Assembly: GCA_965209155.1 (NCBI GenBank)
Contig: OZ242383.1
Coordinates: 1,472,001 to 1,536,000, forward strand
Direction of reading: 5' to 3'
Length of the DNA: 64,000 bases
Source: a bacterium
GTDB lineage: Bacteria > SAR324 > NAC60-12
Shown: positions 32,319 to 43,228 of the stretch, piece by piece
How the letters are laid out: each line of letters starts with the position of its first letter
How positions within the stretch are numbered: position 1 is the first letter of the stretch
Position numbers and translations under genes: made by a program
Notes under the pieces: generated by a model
Told to the model about the DNA's origin: nothing
Databases searched by the model: none
The model's input: the letters and a program-made list of their open reading frames with translations, nothing else

Positions 32319-35300
32319 TCATAGTTGTTTTTTCAAGCTTGCTCTACCTCGACCAATACGGGTGATGCACGCACTTAACCCGTCTGGGGCGAACGAGACA
32401 TGCAGCTGACTCGGCTGTAATTGTTGCAATCGGTATGGGATTTTGCGGAGTGGACGATAATCCGGTGTTGTAATTGACAGCTTTCCGTCGCTGGGGTCGT
32501 AGGTAATACGGGCTGGAAGAGCCGAATTGAAATCCACGCTAGTGGTCCATCTCAAGTTCCATGACTGCGAGAACCATTTTTTGTCTATATCAGAGAGTGT
32601 TTCCTTGCAGAAGCGATTCCAGATTTCGTGGGTTTCTAGAGTGGGCCAGTCCTGCTGAGCGAGTCTAACCCTCATTTCGTCCGATCTTAGCCATCGAATC
32701 ATGTCTCCCCACGTGGTGAATATCGGCTTTATTTGCGTGATAACAGTCCGAGCTGCCATCCGAGAAGGCAGACCCGCTCGCACGAGCATGGCCATCGTGA
32801 ACTGAGGCAGTCCGGTTTCAAGGCAGGCTGCCGCGCTTCCGTCCAAATTCTCTGGTTCATCACCATTGACCTGCCTACGCATTCGCAGGGCCTCAATGGC
32901 CCAGACCAAACGGTTAACAAAGGCTTCTTCGACTATAAGCATATTGTCGAGACCAATATCCTCAACATCATCGCCACTGATCCATGCACGCAAAAGATGA
33001 GGCCAGTATTCAGGTAGTTCTTCATCCGGGATAAATGGTCTGATCTGCAAGAATCGCTTACCCAGTTCAATCAGGGCATCACCCAAAGCGTCAGCATTGC
33101 CCTGCAGGGCAGCTATATCTGCTTGGTCCAGCAAGGTAGTTAATTCGACAGCCATAGCTTCTATAAAGAGACCGGATTCCAGACCAACACCCATAGCAAA
33201 ATGGCTTCGGCGTTGTGCAACCGTAGACTTGTTCCAGATCAGTCGTGCACGGGCTTCGAGGATCCGTAGCTGCTTCCGTTTATGTCTCGTGGCAATCCTT
33301 GCGATCTGCCTCGCCCAGAGCGACCCCGTAAGCGCTTCGTCGAGTAACCGCGGCAAATCGGCGCTGTCAGCGTCTAATGCCTCGATTAGACCGAAGACCG
33401 TCACGTCGAGACGTTCGATCAAGCTCTTAATAGATTCGGTATCGTCAGGCTCATCTGGCGGAAACCACGCATCCTGCGAATTTGCGAGGTACTCCATGGC
33501 ATCCGCGTGCTCGAAAATCCCGGTTTTCACAAGACGTTGCATGACTCTTGTGACAACAGAAAAAATGCCACTCACTAGAGACCTGGCCTTGGCGGAATTG
33601 ACCATGCAGCGCCAAGTATTCAGTCTCCACGACTTTCGATCGTAGATGACATGAATGACGAGACCTTCGAGATCGACGTATGCACGTCCGGCACGCCCGG
33701 CGACATTGGCGAGTTCCTCTCTAGGGATCAATGTACCGGCGCGGTACAGATTGGGAATGAGCATGATAGCGGCATTGAGATTGAGTCCTTGTGCCAACGT
33801 CGGAGAGGCCACGGTTACGCGAACAACGCCGGCTGCAAGGAGAGCTTCTACTTCCCGTAAAAAAGGCTTGGGCAGGCGTCCGTGATGGATGGCGACCCCA
33901 ATTTGAAGGCACAACACCGCAGGATGATCAGCACCGAGCCAATCCTGACCTATAACCACGGCTCGCTGCACTAGATGAGTGTCATCAAGCAGCCCCGGCA
34001 GAAGTTTGCGTTGGTTTAAGTCGACGACCGTCTCTGCATAACTCTTGACAGTGTTTCTCTGGGTGCAGAAGATCAGTGTTCGTTTACCCTGTTTGAAGAA
34101 TTTCCAAGCCGCCGCGAGCGTGAGTTCCTTGTTGTCCTTTGGAAACATTTTCGTGCGACGACCAGTGGGGGATGTCTCGGAAACAAAATGCTGAATAAAT
34201 GGTCCATCGGTTTCCAGATCAAAACTCAATCGCGCTGACTGACTCTGCCACACCAGAGTGCCGAAACGTTGACGAGTTGGGCGCCAATCCGACTGAATCG
34301 GAGTGCCATCGGTGTCGCTTCTGATCCAAGCTGTCAGGTCGTCAAGTTGTGCATCTTCGGGAAGGATCGCGGATAAACAGACGATCCGTCTGTCCACGTG
34401 ATCGGTGCGTCGAAGCAGTCGCTGAACAAGGTTTTCGTATCGAATTTCGCGTTCACTTGGCCCAATGAGATGACCTTCATCAAGAACGACGAGACCGACA
34501 TCATTTATGACGGTAGGATCGTTTCTAAGCGCAAAGTCCAATTTCTCGGGCGTAGCGATTACAATGTGCTGGGTGCGGAGAGAATCCTTGTCATCGCCAG
34601 CCATACTACTCGTGCCATAGAGTGCGGATACGGTGAAACCGAGGGTGGAAAAGGTCTTCCGAAAGGACCTTTCTGTCTGCGCCGATAGCGCTCGTAGAGG
34701 TGTTATGATCAGAACACGCCTACAACAAGCTAGCGCCATCATAGTGGCAATCTCAGCAATTCGAGTTTTACCTGCGCTCGTTGGCATTGCCACAACAAGA
34801 TCGTCATTGATGTCGACCACCCGCGAGACAGCCTGTGTCTGCGAAGGCCACAGTTCAATTTCCGCGGTCTTTCGGCCGTAAAGTTCCCCTATAAAAAGCC
34901 TTCGGAGTTCCTGATAGTTTGTGGCATCTGGAGGTCCTTCAAGCGGAAGAATTCGATGCAGGCTGCTCGACCAGAGGTCATCGATCAAATTGAACGCAAT
35001 TCGTACAATCCACCACAAGGAAACAGCATTGGCGTTCTTTGCCAGGGACAAGGTTTTACGAAGCAACTTCCGTGCTTCCTCGACGAGCACTTCAGTGCCT
35101 GTTTGGAGAGCAAATTCGAAAAAAGCAAATGCTCGATAGACAGTCGTAGTGACGACTAACATGATGACATCGTCAGGATCAATTATTCCCGATATAACAG
35201 CATGCGCGATTACCTCGTCATCGTGGTTTGGATCTTGAATCCATGTTTTCGCTTGCGCACCCAGTCCTTCCAGATCTCGAATGATAAGAGAAACAAGCGC

Positions 35301-35723
35301 TTCCTCAATCGGAGCGAGATTGCGATTCTTTGGCCCCTGAGAGATCATTGAAAATGCCAATGCGGAGTAACTGCCGAGATGGTAGGAGGCGGCACCAATG
35401 ACACGAAAAAAACCGTGAGAGACTACTTCTGGGGAACCATTCTGCACGAGTGACTCAAAAGCATTACCTGTTTGTACAAAGCCTCGCCGCCAGATTTCTG
35501 GTTCACCTCCTAATTCCCGCAATGCCAGAGAAGCTCGAAGTAACGAAAAGCCATATTCGGCGAGATCCGTTTCAATGGTCTCGCTAAAGCTAGGCGAACC
35601 ATCTGGAAGTTTCCCTTCTTGGCGGATAAGAGCCCGAGCTTGGCCGCGTGCCTGCAAACGTCCCCGAAAATTTTCCACGGTTGTTTGTTCGAGAAACGTT
35701 GTCAACTCTTCAATCGTCTCCAA
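32319..35723 (-). CDS. hamB: Hachiman helicase HamB (Ski2-like DEAD/DEAH box)
   Basis: LWPSQ, MPTSAGKT, ATPEK.D, DEGH, LSA, HHG, TLAQG.N, AGRAGR; overlaps the hamA stop. Confidence 0.82.
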   Translation of the reverse strand: METIEELTTFLEQTTVENFRGRLQARGQARALIRQEGKLPDGSPSFSETIETDLAEYGFSLLRASLALRELGGEPEIWRRGFVQTGNAFESLVQNGSPEVVSHGFFRVIGAASYHLGSYSALAFSMISQGPKNRNLAPIEEALVSLIIRDLEGLGAQAKTWIQDPNHDDEVIAHAVISGIIDPDDVIMLVVTTTVYRAFAFFEFALQTGTEVLVEEARKLLRKTLSLAKNANAVSLWWIVRIAFNLIDDLWSSSLHRILPLEGPPDATNYQELRRLFIGELYGRKTAEIELWPSQTQAVSRVVDINDDLVVAMPTSAGKTRIAEIATMMALACCRRVLIITPLRALSAQTERSFRKTFSTLGFTVSALYGTSSMAGDDKDSLRTQHIVIATPEKLDFALRNDPTVINDVGLVVLDEGHLIGPSEREIRYENLVQRLLRRTDHVDRRIVCLSAILPEDAQLDDLTAWIRSDTDGTPIQSDWRPTRQRFGTLVWQSQSARLSFDLETDGPFIQHFVSETSPTGRRTKMFPKDNKELTLAAAWKFFKQGKRTLIFCTQRNTVKSYAETVVDLNQRKLLPGLLDDTHLVQRAVVIGQDWLGADHPAVLCLQIGVAIHHGRLPKPFLREVEALLAAGVVRVTVASPTLAQGLNLNAAIMLIPNLYRAGTLIPREELANVAGRAGRAYVDLEGLVIHVIYDRKSWRLNTWRCMVNSAKARSLVSGIFSVVTRVMQRLVKTGIFEHADAMEYLANSQDAWFPPDEPDDTESIKSLIERLDVTVFGLIEALDADSADLPRLLDEALTGSLWARQIARIATRHKRKQLRILEARARLIWNKSTVAQRRSHFAMGVGLESGLFIEAMAVELTTLLDQADIAALQGNADALGDALIELGKRFLQIRPFIPDEELPEYWPHLLRAWISGDDVEDIGLDNMLIVEEAFVNRLVWAIEALRMRRQVNGDEPENLDGSAAACLETGLPQFTMAMLVRAGLPSRMAARTVITQIKPIFTTWGDMIRWLRSDEMRVRLAQQDWPTLETHEIWNRFCKETLSDIDKKWFSQSWNLRWTTSVDFNSALPARITYDPSDGKLSITTPDYRPLRKIPYRLQQLQPSQLHVSFAPDGLSACITRIGRGRASLKKQL

Positions 35724-36498
35724 GATTAAGTGCTCCTTCGTAAGCGGTCCTTATGAATTCTTGATGATCAGCGATTCTAAGATGGACCACAGTGTGAGTC
35801 CTACCTCCGTCAGCCGCCTGCAGATCCTTAGTCAGTGCATCAGGCGTAACGTTCCCCGACATCGTAAACAACATGTGCTGGAGACGCGCCGTTGGTACGG
35901 CCCGAACTGCGATTTCTTTGCGAAGCATCTTGCCAAGATCTTCTTTCTTGTTGTTACTTTCCATCAACCGATCCGCCATGAATAGAAGCGAGATGGCCGT
36001 CGGTCTTCCACCATCACGGCTCAAAGCCTCCCTTGCTACCGTGATAGCGTCCGTTTTAAGAAACGCCCGACTTTTCGCCTCTCCTTTCAAGAGGTGTAGG
36101 TTCGATTTGCTGATATAAATTCCGATGAAGTCATCACCTCGCAGAGGCACCTCTCTGCCGTCTTTGTAGCGAAGACGCCGAATCGGCACGACAAATTTCG
36201 ATTTCTCTTCGACAAACTCGGTGGCCAATATTTCGCCAAGTTCTCCCGATTGGAGGCGTGTCGACTGAGGCAATCGTTCCGCCAAGAGAGCGGCAGCAGC
36301 TGGATATCCAAGGCTGCGAATATCTTCAGATATTCGCTCCAAATCGTCATAATGTGAACGGATCAGATCGGGTAGCCGATCAGCAATCGCCTCACGTCCC
36401 CCAGCACGTTCGGTTAGTCTAAATAAGCGCTTGTTTTGTTCGGCGTCTATACGTTGAGTGTAGCACCAGTCCTTAAAAATCATGTATTTGTTTTTCAT
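35710..36498 (-). CDS. hamA: Hachiman nuclease HamA (DUF1837-like)
   Basis: SGELGEIL...RYKD.....RGDD.IG...LLKGEAKS motif set directly upstream of a Ski2-like helicase. Confidence 0.82.
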   Translation of the reverse strand: MKNKYMIFKDWCYTQRIDAEQNKRLFRLTERAGGREAIADRLPDLIRSHYDDLERISEDIRSLGYPAAAALLAERLPQSTRLQSGELGEILATEFVEEKSKFVVPIRRLRYKDGREVPLRGDDFIGIYISKSNLHLLKGEAKSRAFLKTDAITVAREALSRDGGRPTAISLLFMADRLMESNNKKEDLGKMLRKEIAVRAVPTARLQHMLFTMSGNVTPDALTKDLQAADGGRTHTVVHLRIADHQEFIRTAYEGALNLGDD

Positions 36499-36697
36499 CT
36501 ACCGCTGTCAGACTTATCAGTCAAGCACAACATCGGATATGGGTTTTTTCCGTATCGATTCCTACGAATTGCCAGGTGAGAGAACGCAAAGTCAAATTGA
36601 GTAACTCTGACAATTCGCACGTTTGTCTGTTCATATTGAGTAAAACGAATACTTGTGCGAACCCGTCGATCAGAGCCATAAGGTTTAATACAAGGAC

Positions 36698-38180
36698 GGG
36701 TGTAATTAAAAGTGAGGGGCATTTCAATTAAGCCCTTTGAAGTTGTTGCCAATAACAATCCCATTTTCCATTGGCTCTTACCACCCTGAGTTGAATCATC
36801 TGATCGGCATGTTGTTTTTTCCACCAAGCGCCAGGGAGTTTGAGCCTTTTTTGGATGAGGGAACGATGGGCGCTTTCAATTTTTCCAGAGCCGATAGGGA
36901 GTTGTTGATCAATAGCTGTTTTGTATTCAAACTGTCCGGGACGATTTTTCATGTAACGTACCAAAGCGCGAATGGGGGCCTTTTCATTGGGAATAGATTC
37001 GGATTCTTGCCTGGATATAAATTGCTCTAACACGCTGTCAGCTCCTCCTTTTTTCAAGATTTGCTTCTGCTTTTTCAGGAACGGTGAGCCGTCTTCAAAA
37101 GCGGCTTGGCAGGCTGCACCAAGATAATCACAGAGATGATAAAAATCGATGAGATAGTTCGCCTGAGCGCCAAAATGAGTTTCGATTTTTTCACAGATCC
37201 AAGGGGCTCCATCCCCTAAAGCATGAATCTTCGTCTGCTTTCCCAGTCCCGCTTTAAGCGCGACCTCTTTCATTTGAAAACCCGCTTCATCTCTGCCGTT
37301 CAAGGTTCCAGCATAAATGGAGTCGACACTTCCTCGAGCATAGGCTAAGGAGGTAATCCCTTCTTTCCAACTCACTTGACGCGTTTTTCTGCGATCCCCC
37401 GTAAAAGTAGAGTCTGCCGTCTCTACCAGAGGCACCATGGTGCCATCACTTTGCACTATCACCACCCCCGCCCCACTGGCCTCCCTGCTGGACTGCTGCT
37501 CTTCTTTCAGGGAGAAACATCTCTGACTGTGATGGAGGGTTCGCGCTCGAATACTGCTGGAAGGAATGTCAATGCCATAATGCTCCTTGAGTTTCTGGCT
37601 CGCTGCTGCAAAGGAGACATCGGCCCCAAAATCCACCATCGCTCGCTGCAGAGGCTCTGAATAACCTTGGCACTGAACCCCAATCGAGGCACTCAAGGGT
37701 CTCTGTCTTTTTCCTCGCCGTCCTTCCCTGAAAACAAGTTCTTCGATTCCAATGGGACCAAAGGTGCTGTGCCAATATATTTTTTTTTACCATCTCGGAT
37801 CAGATCCGCTTTTTGAGAAGACTCTGCTTCTTTTATATCGGACTGATGGCCCAACCAGCCTTGAAGCACTTCCTGACCTAATTTACGCACTTCTTCAATC
37901 GTCCGCCTCTCAGCCTCATCGGCTGTTTGGCAACTCCCATCGTCATTTTCGATAATCCCCAGAATGGATTCCATCCGATGGCGCAGGTGAGGATATTTCG
38001 ACAGCCGTTCTGCTAATGAAAAAGATGACTCGTCACCTTCCCTTAGTTCTGAGTAACCTAAGCATTTTGACATTTTCAACTCCTGTTTGAAGGTCAATCA
38101 TTCGAATACACTCCTACTTTCAAAATACTTAAAGCACATGTCCAGCTATTTCTCTCTGCCCCACACTTTTAATTACACCC
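36698..38180 (-). mobile_element. ISKra4-family insertion sequence, copy 2 (1483 bp)
   Basis: Same TIRs; 9-bp target duplication TACAAGGAC (36689-36697, 38181-38189); one visible substitution relative to copy 1. Confidence 0.93.
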
Positions 38181-38989
38181 TACAAGGACAGTGAGGGTCA
38201 GTGCGCTCGGGTTGACGGTCTCCCACTCGATCTTGTTAAAGTGCTACCTGTGTGAACTGCTGATTTGATTGCAGCCGAGTGACTTTCGTAGAATCCGTGA
38301 TGAATTGCCCTTCTAGCTTCTTTAAATTTCCTGAAACATTGGCTTGGTAGTCCACGAGTCTGTATGAAATCACCGAAGGGGTCCTCCTAATATTAGTGGA
38401 GATGTAAACAAAAAACTCAGCACTACCATAATGGAACTGATCTCTCTCATTATTCGGAGTTCGTCTTCTCTGATTTTATGAAGCCTGATAACTTACTACC
38501 GTTTCTTACTCATAGTCAAATTCATACCTGAAATTGGGACCGAATTCAACCAGCAAAGAGTATAAAACATTCGGAGGAATATGAAAATTGACTTTGTTCC
38601 CACCCGCCTCGTCGTTTGTGCAAGTCCTCAAGGAATTGGGACTGGTCAGGAGAAAAGAGTCTGTTGTCTAAGTAACTTAGGTCGAGTCGAAATGGCAACC
38701 AATAATTGATTGTTCTATTCTTCCTAACAAAATAAATCCAAGTCAAAGGCGCCGAATAGCTTCAGGTAGTGGACTAGAGTAACAGTCCACTCTTCCGTAA
38801 TCGAAGAACGAATCTTCCCAACGTGCGTCATTTCCATCGATTGCACGGTTTTTAATTGACGAAATAGGTCAATTTTCATATATTCTTTTGGTATTTTCCT
38901 ATTTTCACGGAAGAGAAGTGAGTGGTAGATGGCTACTAAAGAAAACTGGGCAGGTAGAGACGGGCGATTTGATATAAAGGATTGAAGCA

Positions 38990-41755
38990 ATGGCATTAGC
39001 GCACCGCACTCCGGAACAGGAAGCACGCGACAACATCGATGCGTTTTTGGATCAAGCCGGATGGAAGGTGCAATCAAAAAAGAAAATCGACTTCAGCGCC
39101 AGTCTCGGAATTGCCGTTTGTGAGTACCGGACTGATGCTGGTCCTGCCGATTACGTTCTTTTCATAGACAAGAAACCTGTTGGCGTGGTCGAGGCCAAAC
39201 CAAAAGAGTGGGGCCAGAACATCACGACAGTCGAAGAGCAATCCGGGTGTTACGCCTCCGCGAAACTCAAGTGGGTGAGTCATAGTAAGCCCTTACCATT
39301 CGTTTATGAAAGTACCGGGGAAATCACCCGTTTCACCGACACACGCGATCCAAAACCCCGTTCCCGCGAAGTGTTCAACTTTCCTCATCCGGAGACGATG
39401 CAAGAGTGGCTTTCCCAGCCCGCATCGCTTCGGTCGAGGCTCCAAAGGCTTCCGAATCTGGATCCGATGGGTCTGAGAGCGTGCCAGCTCAACGCTATCG
39501 AAAAACTCGAAGCATCCTTCAAAGATGATCGTCCACGTGCCCTCATTCAGATGGCCACCGGTTCGGGTAAGACCTTTGCCGCCATCACCTCGATCTACCG
39601 CTTGCTCAAACATGCGGACGCCAAACGCATCCTTTTTCTCGTAGACACCAGGAACCTGGGCGAACAGGCCGAGCAGGAGTTCATGACCTACGTACCCGGT
39701 GATGACAACCGCAAGTTCACCGAACTCTATAACGTCCAGCGCCTCAAATCGTCTTTCGTCGCCAGGGACAGCCAGGTCTGCATCAGTACCATCCAACGCA
39801 TGTACTCGCTCCTGAAGGGTCAGGAATTGGACGAAGCCGCTGAGGAGATCAATCCGGCGGAGATACAACAATCCAAACAACCGTTGCCGGTCGTCTACAA
39901 CGACAAGATTCCACCCGAATTCTTTGACTTTATCATCATCGACGAATGCCACCGCTCAATTTACAACCTCTGGCGCCAGGTGCTGGAATACTTCGACGCC
40001 TTTCTCGTCGGTCTGACGGCCACGCCGGACAACCGCACTTATGGATTCTTCAAAAAGAACGTCGTCAGTGAATACAACCATGAGCAAGCCGTGGCCGATG
40101 GTGTCAACGTCGGCAACGAAATCTACGTCATAGAAACTGAAAGAACGCAGCATGGCGGCCAACTCAAAGCCCACCAGCAGGTCGAGAAGCGACAGCGTCT
40201 GACGCGCCGCAAGCGCTGGGAAATCCAGGACGAAGACCTCACTTATACCGGACGCGAACTGGACCGTTTTGTCGTAAATCCCGACCAGATTTGCACAGTC
40301 GTACGCACCTTCCGCGACAAGCTGCAGGAGATATTCCCCGGTCGCGAGGAAGTTCCGAAGACGCTGGTTTTTGCCAAGACCGACAGCCATGCCGACGACA
40401 TCATCCAAACCATACGCGAGGAATTCGCAGGGGGCAATGATTTCTGTAAGAAGATCACCTACAAGGTCGAAGAAGACCCGAAATCCGTCCTTGCTCAGTT
40501 CCGCAATGACTTTTACCCACGCATCGCCGTGACCGTGGATATGATTTCTACGGGCACCGACGTCAAGCCACTCGAATGCCTGCTCTTCATGCGCGACGTG
40601 AAAAGCCGTAACTATCTCGAGCAGATGAAAGGCCGCGGAACCCGTACCCTCGACCATGATGATCTCAAGAAAGTTTCACCCTCCGCCGTCAGCGGTAAGA
40701 CTCATTACGTGATCGTGGATGCCGTCGGCGTCACCAAATCCCTCAAGACTAATAGCCAACCACTGATCATTAAACCCTCCATACCGCTAAAAGACCTCGC
40801 CATGGGAGTGATGATGGGTGCCCACGACGAAGACACGGTGAGTTCTCTTGCCGGACGCCTCGCTCGCCTCAACCGGCAACTTAACCCCCAGGAGCGGGCG
40901 CGTATCAAAGAACAGACCGGAGGGATCGAACTCACCAGCATTGTTGGTAATCTGCTGGCAGCCATTGATCCGGACCGGATCGAAGCGAAAGCCCGCGAGA
41001 CCGGGCACTTACCCGACGGTGCCGAGCTGTCACCGGAAGCTTGTGAAAAAGTTCAGGAGCAATTGGTTAGTGACTCTGCCGGCGTCTTCAACGGCGAGTT
41101 GATCGAACTGATCGACTCGATTCGCCGTGACAAGGAACAGACTATCGACCATGACAATCTGGACACGGTACTCCACACGGGATGGGAAGGCGACTCGCAC
41201 GAAAACGCCAAAACTATGGCGCAAGAATTCCGGCAGTATCTGGAAGCCAACCGAGATGAGATCGAAGCCTTGACTATCTTCTATGCTCAACCGCACAGGC
41301 GCAGCGAATTGACATATGCCATGATCCGGGAGGTGTTCGATAGACTGAAGAACGACCAACCTCGGTTGGCCCCTTTGAGAATCTGGAAGGCGTACTCCCT
41401 GCTCGACGAGTACAAAGGCGTCAAACCTGTCAGCGAACTGACCGCGCTCGTGGCATTGATCCGCCGGGTCTGCGGAATTGACAGGAAGCTCTCACCCTAT
41501 TCTCAAACTGTGCGCCGCAATTTTCAGAATTGGATCATGACGCGCCATAGCGGCAGCGGAGAGAAATTCAATGAGAAGCAGATGGAGTGGCTGCGCATGA
41601 TTCGTGACCACATCTCCACCTCCTTTCATCTGGAGCGAGACGACCTGGACATGGCTCCTTTCGATGGTAAAGGCGGTCTAGGGCAGATGTACAAGCTCTT
41701 CGGTGATAGGATGGATGGAGTGATTGACGAACTGAATGAAGCTTTGGCTGCGTAA
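38990..41755 (+). CDS. hsdR: Type I restriction enzyme subunit R (EcoAI/EcoEI-like)
   Basis: ADY.L......VVEAK, MATGSGKT, DECHR, LTATP, TGTDV, QMKGRG.R. Confidence 0.93.
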   Translation: MALAHRTPEQEARDNIDAFLDQAGWKVQSKKKIDFSASLGIAVCEYRTDAGPADYVLFIDKKPVGVVEAKPKEWGQNITTVEEQSGCYASAKLKWVSHSKPLPFVYESTGEITRFTDTRDPKPRSREVFNFPHPETMQEWLSQPASLRSRLQRLPNLDPMGLRACQLNAIEKLEASFKDDRPRALIQMATGSGKTFAAITSIYRLLKHADAKRILFLVDTRNLGEQAEQEFMTYVPGDDNRKFTELYNVQRLKSSFVARDSQVCISTIQRMYSLLKGQELDEAAEEINPAEIQQSKQPLPVVYNDKIPPEFFDFIIIDECHRSIYNLWRQVLEYFDAFLVGLTATPDNRTYGFFKKNVVSEYNHEQAVADGVNVGNEIYVIETERTQHGGQLKAHQQVEKRQRLTRRKRWEIQDEDLTYTGRELDRFVVNPDQICTVVRTFRDKLQEIFPGREEVPKTLVFAKTDSHADDIIQTIREEFAGGNDFCKKITYKVEEDPKSVLAQFRNDFYPRIAVTVDMISTGTDVKPLECLLFMRDVKSRNYLEQMKGRGTRTLDHDDLKKVSPSAVSGKTHYVIVDAVGVTKSLKTNSQPLIIKPSIPLKDLAMGVMMGAHDEDTVSSLAGRLARLNRQLNPQERARIKEQTGGIELTSIVGNLLAAIDPDRIEAKARETGHLPDGAELSPEACEKVQEQLVSDSAGVFNGELIELIDSIRRDKEQTIDHDNLDTVLHTGWEGDSHENAKTMAQEFRQYLEANRDEIEALTIFYAQPHRRSELTYAMIREVFDRLKNDQPRLAPLRIWKAYSLLDEYKGVKPVSELTALVALIRRVCGIDRKLSPYSQTVRRNFQNWIMTRHSGSGEKFNEKQMEWLRMIRDHISTSFHLERDDLDMAPFDGKGGLGQMYKLFGDRMDGVIDELNEALAA

Positions 41756-43228
41756 ATGGAACTCGAAGCTACAAGAATCCCAAATGGCTGGTCTCGTACA
41801 TCGCTCGAGTCAGTGTGTCAAATTCTGGATTTTAGGCGTATACCGTTAAACAACAGCGAACGCTCACAGCGTATCATCGGTAGGTCCGCAGATGATCTCT
41901 ATCCCTACTACGGCGCTACAGGTCAAGTCGGTGTAATTGACGACTTCATCTTCGAGGGTGAACACATTCTACTGGGTGAAGATGGTGCCCCATTTCTTGA
42001 TCCTTTCAAGGTCAAATCTTATTTAGTGGATGGAAAATTTTGGGTCAACAATCATGCTCATATTCTCAAATCAGCCGTCCCTAACAAATTCCTTTGTCAC
42101 TACCTTAATCAGATTGACTATTCAGACTATGTAACAGGAACGACAAGAATGAAGCTTACCCAGAACGCACTAAAGCGAATTCCTGTTTTTGTTGCACCAA
42201 TAGCCGAACAACGCCGGATCGTCGCCAAGATCGAAGAACTGTTTTCCGAACTGGACAAGGGCGTCGAAAACCTGAAGACGGCAAGGGCGAAGCTCCATGT
42301 CTACCGTCAGGCCATACTCAAGCACGCCTTCGAAGGCAAGCTCACGGCGCAATGGCGCGAAGAAAACAAAGATAAGCTGGAAAAACCCGAACAATTGCTC
42401 GCTCGTATCAAGCAGGAGCGGGAGGCGCGTTACCAAAGACAACTCAGGGAATGGGAAACGGCCGTCAAGAAATGGGAGCAAAATGGGAAAGAGGGTAAGA
42501 AGCCTGTCAAACCAAGAAAACTCAGTGCCAAATATGGCCAAATAGTAGAATTAGCAGATAGTAGCGAGAGAGATATTCCTCACGGTTGGTACGAAACGAT
42601 TTTCGGTGAGGTTATCAGAAATATCTCAATCAACCACAAGAAACTCCCAAAGACGCTGTATTCTGAAACCGGCACATTCCCTGTCATTGACCAAGGACAA
42701 AAAATCGTTGATGGTTATTGCAATGAATTAGATCGTGTAGTCGATGAAGACCTTCCATTAATTGTTTTTGGTGACCACACTCGTATCATAAAATTCATAA
42801 ATCGGCCATTCGTGCCTGGTGCTGACGGTGTTAAAGTTTTCAAGGGCCTAGGCGTAGACGATAAATGGCTCTTTTACATCGCTCACGCTCTTGATTTCCC
42901 CGACAAAGGGTATGCTCGGCATTTCCAGCATTTGAAAAAGGCACGCTTGTTGGTGCCTTCCCTCACCGAGCAACGTTGCATCGTTGCGGAGGTTGAAGAA
43001 AAGCTTTCTGTCCTTGAGGACTTGTACAAAACTCTTGACCATCAACTGATTATGGCCGATGCGCTTCGTCAGTCCATTCTAAAGAAAGCTTTTGCAGGCC
43101 AGCTTGTCCCGCAGGACCCGCATGACGAACCCGTCTCAATCCTTCTGGGCCGGATCAGGGCTGAAAGAGAGAGAGTAATGAAGAAAAACCACACCAGGAA
43201 ATCAAAGAAGAGGAAGATCGCCGTATGA
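41756..43228 (+). CDS. hsdS: Type I specificity subunit
   Basis: Two TRDs each followed by conserved P..EQ.RIV...EE and LRQ.ILK.AF.G.L repeats. Confidence 0.93.
   Translation: MELEATRIPNGWSRTSLESVCQILDFRRIPLNNSERSQRIIGRSADDLYPYYGATGQVGVIDDFIFEGEHILLGEDGAPFLDPFKVKSYLVDGKFWVNNHAHILKSAVPNKFLCHYLNQIDYSDYVTGTTRMKLTQNALKRIPVFVAPIAEQRRIVAKIEELFSELDKGVENLKTARAKLHVYRQAILKHAFEGKLTAQWREENKDKLEKPEQLLARIKQEREARYQRQLREWETAVKKWEQNGKEGKKPVKPRKLSAKYGQIVELADSSERDIPHGWYETIFGEVIRNISINHKKLPKTLYSETGTFPVIDQGQKIVDGYCNELDRVVDEDLPLIVFGDHTRIIKFINRPFVPGADGVKVFKGLGVDDKWLFYIAHALDFPDKGYARHFQHLKKARLLVPSLTEQRCIVAEVEEKLSVLEDLYKTLDHQLIMADALRQSILKKAFAGQLVPQDPHDEPVSILLGRIRAERERVMKKNHTRKSKKRKIAV

Noticed and set aside
38190..38989. 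800-bp gap before hsdR as a possible ncRNA or small gene
   Set aside because: Only a short hairpin (GTGGACT...AGTCCAC) and unconvincing ORFs; nothing supportable.
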